NCBI GenBank assembly: GCA_963693365.1
Contig: CAVNZM010000004.1
Span: 9,576,468-9,640,467, forward strand
DNA from: Amoebidium appalachense
Taxonomy: Eukaryota; Protista; Ichthyosporea
Reading direction: 5' to 3'
DNA: 64,000 bases
Made by a program: the position numbers and the translations under genes. The stretch's first letter is position 1. The number at the start of each line of letters is the position of its first letter. Below, one piece after another: positions 15,804-64,000 of the stretch. The notes below the pieces were generated by a model, which saw only the letters and a program-made list of their open reading frames with translations, searched no databases and was not told the origin of the DNA.

Positions 15804-16448
15804 TCAACTTCTCCCATTCTTCAGCGCATTTTCTACCTTCCTCTCAAGGCTCTCCCTCACACGAGGCCAGTCATCTACCAGTATTTCATATTCGGCAGCC
15901 ACCCATGTTGGGTCCACAAGCACCTTTTTCATCTCACACTGCCGAATCCCAACGCTATCGTAAAATTTTCGCATGGGTGCATTATCTACCCCTGTCCTGA
16001 AGCAAACACGCGACAATTTCAACACATCGAACGCGTAGTCAATGATGTACAAGTGGGCCTCGGATCCCATCCCACACCGCCACACCTCTGGCACAAGGAC
16101 TAATCCAAACTCCCCGCCAGTTTCTTGTGTAATCTCCCGGTATCCTGCACACCCCACATAGTTTCCTTCCCCCTCAGCCCCATACTCAGGTAACAAAAAC
16201 ATGTTCAACCACAGACAGTCAAGATCCTCAAATTGCCTTTTGAGCTGTCCTTCCCTCCGTTTTCGTATCTCTTCAAGTGTCCAAGTCCCGTTCTTGTGCA
16301 GGAATGGAAGATAGCTCAAGGCAGTCGCCTTGTTGAACAGCGCGAGGGTGTGGGGGTCATCGTCTTCCCGGGGGGTACGAATGAAGAGGCGAGGTGTCTT
16401 GAGAGTAAGGTCACGTGGCACGGGCCACGTGTTCTTGGGTGTTGCCAT
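15804..16448 (-). CDS. GNAT-family N-acetyltransferase (RimJ/RimL-like), single exon, ~214 aa
   Basis: LKTPRLFIR at the N-terminus, GEFGLVLVPEVWRCGMGSEA (acetyl-CoA motif A) and DNAPMRKFYDSVG (motif B); start taken at MATPKNT. Confidence 0.88.
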   Translation of the reverse strand: MATPKNTWPVPRDLTLKTPRLFIRTPREDDDPHTLALFNKATALSYLPFLHKNGTWTLEEIRKRREGQLKRQFEDLDCLWLNMFLLPEYGAEGEGNYVGCAGYREITQETGGEFGLVLVPEVWRCGMGSEAHLYIIDYAFDVLKLSRVCFRTGVDNAPMRKFYDSVGIRQCEMKKVLVDPTWVAAEYEILVDDWPRVRESLERKVENALKNGRS

Positions 16449-16870
16449 CTTTGGAGGTTTTTGTGCGCATATATGCGTCTGGAGAAACCGTACAGTCGCC
16501 AAGGCGATTTCGAGTGATGTCCTATGGTCATGAACCGGTTTTATTAACCTCTTTCCCGAAACGGAAGTTACGCCGCCGACTCGTCTGTCAGTCTGAATAT
16601 GCATCGTTAATGTGTCACTTTTGCTGTGCGCCGTTTCTTTATTTATTTATTTATCATTTTTTTACGCAAATTGGGTTTAATGCCAGCGCCCCTTTTCATT
16701 GGTTAGTTTACAAAGTGAGCACAGGCACCGCATTTGCCAAAAAAAAAGAAAAAGAAGGGGAAAAAAAAGCACACAAAAGGACTGAACATCTCGAGACAAA
16801 ACCAGTTTCGTGACCGACGTCTCAAGCCCACACGTGCGCTCGTAATTTTGGAAATAACCTGCAGCTGAAG

Positions 16871-20456
<3,586 letters not shown>

Positions 20457-21109
20457 AGGACTCCGTTAGGTTTTAATGGTTTGATGGTGATAATCGTTGC
20501 TGCTGGTTGGGTTAAAACTGTGGAGGGGTAGGTGATAAAGTTAGGATGTGCTGAATGGTTCGTTGATATTGGCTCGAAATTACATTGGGGTTAAATTATA
20601 GACCAGGTGATGTAGTGGGAGGATGGAGAGAACACCCTGTACTGTTGTCTTTTTTCTCCGTGTCTTTGGTTTTTCTTGTTTGTGCGCAGACTACATACGA
20701 CCATTACTATTACCAGTTTCCACTATACCCTACCCCCATGTGTACTTTTACACGCCCATAAGCGTCACAACCATGCTTATGCCAGTACACCGTTTGATTT
20801 TTATGTTTTGCTCATGGTGGCTGGGACCCCCTAAAAAGAGGATGGAATAAAAACCTGGAGATAGTTACGGAGTAAACAAAACGGCAAAGACTTTCCATAC
20901 ATAGGTGTACAGGTCCACGTATAATTGCAACCAGAATGAAAATAGTCACTGCAGGCCGAGAATTGCAGCCGAATCCATGTGAGAACACAAGACACCCCAA
21001 CGCGGACCTGGCCAAGTACCAAGCTAGATTTAGTACAAATGTGAGTAAATTCGAGTGTGTTTGCACTGGCCTTTTTTTTTTTTTGGGGGGGGGGGGGAGG
21101 GGGGAGGGG

Positions 21110-21417
21110 GGGGGGCCGAGAGTTGGGGGGAGGGGAGGGGAGAGAGGGGGAGGGGGGCGGTGGTGGTGGTGGGTGGCCGTGCTGCATGTGGGGAGGGGGG
21201 GGGGGGGAGGGGCCGAGAAGTGGGGGGAGGGGAGGGGAGGGGGGAGAGAGGGGGAGGGGGGCGGTGGTGGTGGTGGGTGGCCGTGGTGCATGTGGGGAGG
21301 GGGGGGAGGGGGGGGGGGGGGGGGGCCGAGAGTTGGGGGAAGGGGGAGGGGAGGGGGGAGAGAGGGGGAGGGGGGAGGGGGGCGGCGGTGGTGGTGGTGG
21401 GTGGCCGTGGTGCATGT

Positions 21418-21420
<3 letters not shown>
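21110..21420. repeat. G-rich tandem repeat, 3 units of ~100-120 bp
   Basis: GGCCGAGA(G/A)...GGCGGTGGTGGTGGTGGGTGGCCGTG(C/G)TGCATGTGGGG occurs three times. Confidence 0.75.
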
Positions 21421-21464
<44 letters not shown>

Positions 21465-21553
21465 TGACTCTAAATGTTTGCCATGCGTGCACGCTCCGGC
21501 AATGATCCTAGGTTGCCCTGCGCCGGGGGCTTAGGGAGAGGCGGAGCACCGGG

Positions 21554-21587
<34 letters not shown>

Positions 21588-21846
21588 AATCACGTATGCG
21601 CGGATCACAACCCTGGCGTAAGTAACAATAATTGGCCTCAATGTACCCATTCCTTTCTTATGCAACAGAAACCTTGCTTCTTTCTTGAAGATCAACAATT
21701 TAGTTTCGGGTGTGTGCTCACGCGCGTGTGCGTGAGCATGTGTGCCATTAGAATGTTGTTGTTGCTGCTGTGCCACGGTGATGCTTGGTGGTGGTGGTGG
21801 TGGTGGTGGTGGTGTGTGTGTGTGTGTGTGTGTGTGTACACGTGTA

Positions 21847-21884
<38 letters not shown>

Positions 21885-22068
21885 ACAGTGTGTGTGTGTG
21901 TGTTTGTGTTTGTGTGTGTGTGGAGGGGGGGGGGGGGGGGAGGGGGGGGGAGGGAGGAGGGAGGGGGGGGGGGGGGGGTAAACGTCTGCGCTGAGCTGCA
22001 AACAATGTAATAATACATGGACTTGGTGAATTGAGGTTGACTTATGAATTCGGGTGTTTGTGTGTGTA

Positions 22069-22099
<31 letters not shown>

Positions 22100-22804
22100 T
22101 TCCCACCACCACACAGGGAAAAAAAAAAAAAAAAAAAGAAAAAAAAACAACAAATTTTTCTGGAACTCTCTCAGCCTTCGGCACCCCCAAATTTCTTCCC
22201 TCAACACATTTCTTCCCTCAACACGTGTCACCGACAGAAGTGCAGATGTAGGTGCACATGCACACATGTCACAAGTTCAGCACCAGACACTTACGATTTT
22301 TGCATGATTTATTATGTGTCCGTATATCACATTGAACTGGTTTTATTAGCAGCTATCTACATACATGGCTTCCATATGTACATGTATTGAGGCGGGTAAT
22401 CGTAGTATTTACACATGGAAATATTTACACGTTGGATGGTTGCGGGCCCAGATTCGTCCCGCGGGGTGGAAAAAATGTGCCCGGCAGACATATCAAATTG
22501 TGCACAAATGTCGTGGATAAACCAAAAATGAACAAGTATTGTAGAAAAACACATCATCAACCTATCCTACTGCCCTCCTTATTGTTAGAAGGGATGCATT
22601 TTGCCATATGCATTCTCGTTGATTGTGCAAATGCGCACGTGTGCGTGTGGTCGAATGTCTGCATATCAAAAAAATGGTATATCCGATATTTAAAAACTAT
22701 CCACCAGAATACTTCGTTAGGTTAGATAAAGGGCTAGAAAACCGTATTTACATTGCATGTCAGAGTGCAAAACGCCATCAAATGATATTGCCTCCCCTCC
22801 CCCC

Positions 22805-22850
<46 letters not shown>

Positions 22851-23439
22851 AAAAAAAAAAAGAAAACAAATGACGTGGATAGAACATTATAGTTAATAAA
22901 GAGATAACGAAACAACTTGTATAACGAACCAAGATTGGCAAACGCCGCTACCGCCCGATAATATTATAAAGACCCGACCTTGCCCGCTTTCCTTTTGGTT
23001 TTCTTTCTTTTTTCTTTTTTCACTTTTATATTTTAGTTTTTAGCCACACTTCTCTCTCTCTCTGCGAAATAACATCCCGTTAAAAGAAGATCTCGAAGTA
23101 TTGCCTGCTCTATTCTTCACATATTCTTGAATATTCCGCATGTGCATATTAAGTATTTTCTCGAGTATTCTCACGGTATTCTTGGACCTCTTCTAATGTG
23201 CACAATGAACAACACGCAGGAAGTCTGAGTCTTCAACCAGCAAAAAGGGCTCGTTTCTTGCAAAAGGTGTGGCTTCACGAACATTACTCCCCCCCTTCCC
23301 CAGTCGAATCTACAGATATAAAACCACGTCTCATTAAAAAGCCACCCACAACTTTTTTTTTTTCTTTTTTTGCCAAAAGCAGGTCCCATATTAGACGGGA
23401 TACAAAAACGGGGCATTTTTCGGTACCCACATTCCATAT

Positions 23440-32218
<8,779 letters not shown>

Positions 32219-32895
32219 TTTCTATGAGTATTGTGTAAAATATAGTGAAATAAGAATGTGCTCTGCTTTCAAATGTAAGCGAGATTTGTGCATTGGTTTC
32301 ACTTGGAGAATCCGAGAGGTTTGTGCTTGTGTCAGGAAGTTGTGAAGTCAGATGTTCAGGTTGTGTGTTGGCATGTCTGCGCTATCCTGTTTACACGCTA
32401 CACCCCATTCTCCCTATTGTGCACTCTTGGGTAAACTAGGGACGAAAAAATTATAGATACAAGCGGTGTGTGTGTAAACGCTCAGAAAGCAAAACATGTG
32501 AAAATGAACACAGGGCGACACACAGACGTCACACAGCAAAGGACGGCGGGGGGGGGGAAAAGCAGCCACAGCCCTGGGTACTAATGACAAATAGCCAATC
32601 CAAATAGAGGAAAAGAAGCTAAACGAATCATATGTCTCCAAACTGTTTATTGCATCAAATCAGATGCCCAGTGTATAAAAAATGATATGTTACATTCTTT
32701 GCACCAGAAAGACGATACCGATTGGTTATCTTAACTTCTGTTTTTTTTGTGTAAGCCAATCAGCAGCAAGGAGCTAAAGAAAAATCAATGCATTACATAC
32801 ACCCTCATGGTTCGGTTCATTTTGGTTTGGCCACCCAAACCGCGGTCTGAGCAGCTCACGGTCTGAACTGCGGCCGGCGAGCTTCGGCAGGGAAA

Positions 32896-32929
<34 letters not shown>

Positions 32930-33817
32930 GTTAAACAAGTTTTCGGGCGGGGAACCAACTACCGTTTAACTCCCCCAGGAAAATTGCATCCCAAACACAC
33001 TTCACACACACGCAAGGGCACTCACACACACTTTTACACGCACAAACATGGTAAATCACACCGGGATAACCTCAGTGGCACATATGCATGAGTCGACCGG
33101 TCTGAACCGTTCGGTTCAGTTCGACTTCGCAAGCCGTGGTCTGGCAGTTTGAATCCAACCGTTCATGGATTGAGAAAAATTGCGGGAATATTTTTCAGGA
33201 GGGCCCAGCTGCACCGTGCCAGCTGCCCCGGCGGCATGCAGCCTGCAGGATCGGAGGTGTCCCTAGGCAGCCTGTCACGCTACAAATTCCAGCTAGCTGT
33301 TACCTGTTGCATGCATGTATGTACCGTAGGTAAGAGAAATGGTTTGATGTTAGTAACGTATAAGACAGCTCATAGTAACGAGTACGGTTAGTTAGTATGC
33401 GTTGGCACTTCAGGCGCCGGGCAACGCCGACGCCGGGTCCGCTGTGAACTGCTCGAGGATCCGCTGGTCGGGTGCACCCGGTTTCGACCAGTGCTCGCCG
33501 GCGCATTCAGCGTACAGAGTGATAAGGATTTATAAACATCCACCCAGCGTACAGAAGAAAATTCAGTATGTATGAGCTGTCATATGTAAACCATAAAAGC
33601 GCCACTAGTTGGAATATAAGGTTATCAAGGGGATGCCCGGCGCCAGGTTGATGCTGGGCCGGTTCAAGCGGCGGTGCTCCTGACAAAGTGCGGGGTTGCC
33701 TAATATGGCTATTACAAGTATTGTATTTGTGTTTGGTGGACCATGCACCACCTGCTAATCACTGATTGGCCAAAGATTTCAAATGATGTCAGGCCGGGGC
33801 CGCCGGCGTTCAGAGAG

Positions 33818-35290
<1,473 letters not shown>

Positions 35291-35450
35291 TATACCACGC
35301 TCAGAACACAAACAAAAACAAACGTGAAAAGTGTGTCACTCGGCAGGTTAAACGTTAACGAGCCACACAAACACACGTCCCTTGTCAATACTTGGGACGA
35401 GATTTTAGCTTAATCACAAGCAGAGCAGGAGGGTATGAGCAAGCAAAAAG

Positions 35451-39870
<4,420 letters not shown>

Positions 39871-40648
39871 AACTTCGTTCTTGCTATATATGACTTCATG
39901 TTGACAACGATGTGGGGTTATCACGATGTCTTCGGCCACGAACTGAAATTTCGTTCTTGCTATATATGGCTTTATGTTGCCAACAATGTAGGGTTGTGTG
40001 TGTTTTCTGTATTAAATCTGGGTGTGTATTCTCTTGATTTGTTATTGTTGCGTATCATTCAGCCAAGGTGCATCGTAGCAGTCTCAATATACCGGGCCCT
40101 TGCCTGATATGTGATAAAAAAAGCACCCGAATGAGGGAATAGACGTGTATAACTATGTCAGGACCTCATGAACACAAGCACCCTAGCACATAAGTGCGTA
40201 CGATTGCACATGAACACGCACGTGTGCATGCCCACATTTCCACACACACACATTCACACACACCATGTCATCCTTTTGTGTTTGTGCGTGTGTATATATA
40301 TACATATCGCATGTAAACGTACGCTGATCTTCTGAAGCTAAAATCTGCGTGACATGTGTATGTAGTCTAATTAGTTTAGATACGTGCGCAAGACCAATCA
40401 ATGCACTCAGTGTACACATAGGGTGTCTCTTCGAGGAAGGTATCAAATTGCCAGTTATTTTGGTGGCCAAGCATTGTGCGCGGGCCCGCCCGGGGGTGGT
40501 GTGTACATGTGTGTGTGTGGGGTGGGGTGAGGTGGGGGGTGGGGTTCGTGTGTGTGTGTGTGTGTGTGTTTTTTTTTTTTGGGGGGGGGGGGGGGGGGAG
40601 GGGACAGATTAGCCCCGGCAATTTACTGTCAACACGTCACGTGGACAT

Positions 40649-40685
<37 letters not shown>

Positions 40686-41571
40686 TTCCCCCTAATATAT
40701 ACCTTTTGAACATTGCTTTGCAAGAGCAAGGATACATAAGATTTGGGCACAGCCAGCCATCAGTCGTAATCACACGGCAATTCCTTCCACGTCGTATCAG
40801 TTTATTCTCCTGACTCCTAGGCCTTGCACAGCCCTAAGCAACATTGCCTGGCCTTCTGGGTTCTAGAAATACACAGCCTACATGTCACGTGCTGCCATAC
40901 ATCCATGCTTGGCCCGTTACTAAAAATACACCAGCCAGATTCTGATGCATTTCCTATGTCTACTATACGTTCTGCTACATGCCATTCTTGGGCAAAGACC
41001 TGATTTCCATATAAGGAAAGAACATGACCTAATATGGGGTTGTAGTTACTCTGTTTCGCGAAAGTAAAAAAAAACCAACATCTAGAATCATACACACCAC
41101 AAAAGACAAGAAAACCTCATTGTAGCCTTCAACGATAGTGTACATGTATGAATATATTCCCAATTTCCCAATAATTACCTCCCCCCCCCCCCCCCCCCCC
41201 CCCCAAAACAACAAAAGCATCCATTCTTCTATCTCAGCAAACATTCGATCATCACGATTTGTGCAAGAAATCCATCCGTATGCATACAAGTGTACCTTCG
41301 CAACCGCACATTCGCTATCTAAGCACAGTCCACTCAGCAATTTTCAAGCTTGTTCGGGTCCGTATCGAAGAATGCATGCAGTCGTGTGTGTACGTGTGTG
41401 TATGTGCGTGTGCGCGTGTGTGCGTATCCGTGGCTGTTGTGTATGTTGGTGAGAGTGTGTGTGTGTGAGTGTGTATGTGTGTGTGTGTGTGTTTTTGTGT
41501 GTGTGTGAGTGTGTGTGCACGTGTTTGTTGTCTGTGAGTGCTGCGTTGGTGCGTGCGTGCATGACTGTTCG

Positions 41572-41603
<32 letters not shown>

Positions 41604-41692
41604 CGCGCGCACACACACGGCCATATGTGTGTTCATAAACAGGAGGCTGTTTCTTTGGCAATTGCACATAAACGAAGGAACGATAATCCCTC

Positions 41693-61717
<20,025 letters not shown>

Positions 61718-62420
61718 CGTCCGCCCCCACGTGCCCTCAGCTTTCCAGATTTATCAATCACCCAAGCCTTACCATATTTCCGAAGTGGAGATCTCACACA
61801 GATTGCTTGCCTACTGGATGGCTTATAACTTTTCCGGACGCAAATTACTTTGTGGTGTCTGAACTTCTAATATTCGCCTTCCTGTTGTAAGCCCAAAACT
61901 AGACGTCGTGGCAACCATTCAGTCATGCATGTTGCATACACGTAGGTGTAACTCGCTATAAAAGCTAAACAGGCAGCAGCTTCAACTACCACTAATGTGA
62001 AAGGCGTGCCGTTTTATTATCAATACCTCTAGGTATTAAAGTAGTGCTTAAACGTGATAGCTAAGAGTTCGTCCTTTTGTTGAACTTCTTCGGTTTTGTC
62101 ATACATTCAATCAACCTATTCATATTCGAACTTTCTTGTGACATGTCGACCGTCGGTAAGTCACCGTGTGACCCAAAATTACAAAACCCTGGCTGTAACG
62201 CGGGGATAGCCCTTCAAAGGCTGTTTATGTCATTGTATGATCTTATATAATCAGTAATTTAAAACGTTTAAGACATATATTATTAAAACATTTTATAACA
62301 AATACTGTTTAATGATGCTGCTGTGTTATGACGGCTATTTAGTAGCCGGTTTTTAGGGTTTGAAAAGCTTCGAGCGCCGCATTCATTGGTCAAAACACAA
62401 ACGGCTCACCCATATATAAT

Positions 62421-62791
62421 GAGTCGCTTTGCGTGAATCTAAATATCTAAATATTCGGCGAATTTAGAGATCCAAAGCCGTTCTCTAAATATCTAAAAGT
62501 CTGCTCGATTCGCGTAGAGCAGTTTAGAAACTGATTTATCTAGATCGTAGGTCGCACTTGTATTGGATAAAAGGTGCTTAGGCAGGTTCCAAGGACCAAT
62601 CGTCTCATCCCAGACATCTAGAAGACCCTCCCCTCCATACCTTCCAGATTCGCCCATCTGGAAGAGGGTCGAAATCAATCTAGATTTTATGCAAACTTTA
62701 AAACTTTAACAGATCGATCGGAATGCGGAAGTTTTATACGTAAATATAACAATCTAGATATTTAGATATCTAGATCCACGCGGAGCGGCTC
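62421..62791. mobile_element. MITE-like element with ~34-bp imperfect TIRs and a possible AAT target-site duplication
   Basis: GAGTCGCTTTGCGTGAATCTAAATATCTAAATAT versus the reverse-complemented right end GAGCCGCTCCGCGTGGATCTAGATATCTAAATAT; AAT on both flanks; internal TCTAGA/TCTAAA repeats. Confidence 0.65.
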
Positions 62792-62929
62792 AATGCCCCC
62801 GCCTCATCCACTGGTCTTATCCACAAGAGCACAAAAAAATATTGCGAGGGAGTGAGAGAGGGAGAGAGAAGCATACATAACAAAAGAAAAAGCCGCACAT
62901 ACATCACACTTTACATTATAACAGCAACA

Positions 62930-63014
62930 ATGCTGGCTATCCGTTCTGCATTTTCTTCTACCCGCCGCTCCTTGGCGACGCAAACACGACTTTTCCATGC
63001 AGCAGGTCCTGCAG
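62930..63014 (+). CDS. First exon of a probably mitochondrion-targeted protein (gene continues past the window)
   Basis: MLAIRSAFSSTRRSLATQTRLFHAAGPA is R/S/A-rich with no acidic residues and has an RLFH motif. Preceded by ACAACA and followed by a CAG|GTACTA donor and a long repeat-rich intron. Confidence 0.65.
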
Positions 63015-63182
63015 GTACTAAGCTCTCTCCCTCCCTCCCAGCCCTCCTCTTCCCGCTAGCTCCTCCTGCTCTCATTCCTCTATTTCTCCCTCCCTCCCTC
63101 CCTCTGACCTTCCGCTTCCACCTCTCCCTCCCCGCCTCCCCACCTCCCCCTGTCTTTATTCCTCCGTTGCTCTGCATGTCCG

Positions 63183-63393
<211 letters not shown>

Positions 63394-63487
63394 CGCCAGT
63401 TACACTTAAACACACCCTCTCTCCTCTCTCTCTCTCTCTCTCTCTGCTCTTCTCTCTCTTATTATATTTGTGTGGTCTTGTCTTTTC

Positions 63488-63588
<101 letters not shown>

Positions 63589-63734
63589 CGTTATCTCGAG
63601 TTCCCCCTCTTCTCCTTTCCCCTCCCACCCCCCGCCCACCCCCCTCCCCCTACCTCCTCTCTTTCACACACACAAATCTCTCTCTCTCCCTCTCCCTCTC
63701 TCTCTCCTCTTCTCCCCATCTCCCTCTCCCTCTC

Positions 63735-63784
<50 letters not shown>

Positions 63785-64000
63785 CCCCCCCCCCCCCCCC
63801 CCCCCTTCTCTCTGACCGCCACCCCATCCTTATCCTTTCTCCTTCCTGTCTACCTGCTTTTAATATCCCGGCACTGTTTCCAGAACTTCATTTAACGATT
63901 CTAGTTTCTTCTTCCCAGAGCCCTTTTTGGTTATCTTCACAGGGCTTTCACACAGAGGCCCTCCACCCCCCTCCCCCTCCTCCCTCCCCTCCCCCCCCCT

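Noticed and set aside
20936-22300. Possible small spliced gene (MKIVTAGRELQ...|GTGAGT; second exon ~21512-21617 ending GTAAGT)
   Set aside because: Good donor sites, but no recognisable protein and the second exon crosses a poly-G run; cannot be supported without transcripts.
32800-33620. GGTTC/GAACC-rich and partly inverted segments resembling transposon relics
   Set aside because: Termini and TSDs could not be defined by eye.

Overview
Eukaryotic, intron-rich protist-like DNA, tentatively amoebozoan judging by an ankyrin+GATA gene and a bacterial-type cyclase. Introns are packed with long poly-G/poly-C and (GT/CA)n tracts, so most ORFs in the supplied track are microsatellite artefacts. 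I assembled seven genes by hand: an ankyrin-repeat protein, an orphan multipass membrane protein, an intronless GNAT, a HINT/HIT protein, an ankyrin + GATA zinc-finger factor, a class III aminotransferase (ETNPPL/PHYKPL-like) and a 20-kb C2-TM-Cache-TM-HAMP-class III adenylate cyclase. There is also the first exon of a probably mitochondrial protein, a 5'-truncated non-LTR RT fragment and several MITE-like elements. The main discovery is a dispersed, partly tandem intronic repeat family (about 17 full or partial units, three sequence subfamilies) that carries all hammerhead-ribozyme core motifs (GUU, GAAA, CUGANGA). Its stems co-vary between subfamilies, but the segments are in a non-circularly permuted order that matches none of types I, II or III. 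Every unit ends in a poly-C tract and lies sense to its host gene, suggesting a retrozyme/Penelope-like mobile RNA system. All structure calls are by eye; no folding program, alignment or database search was run.
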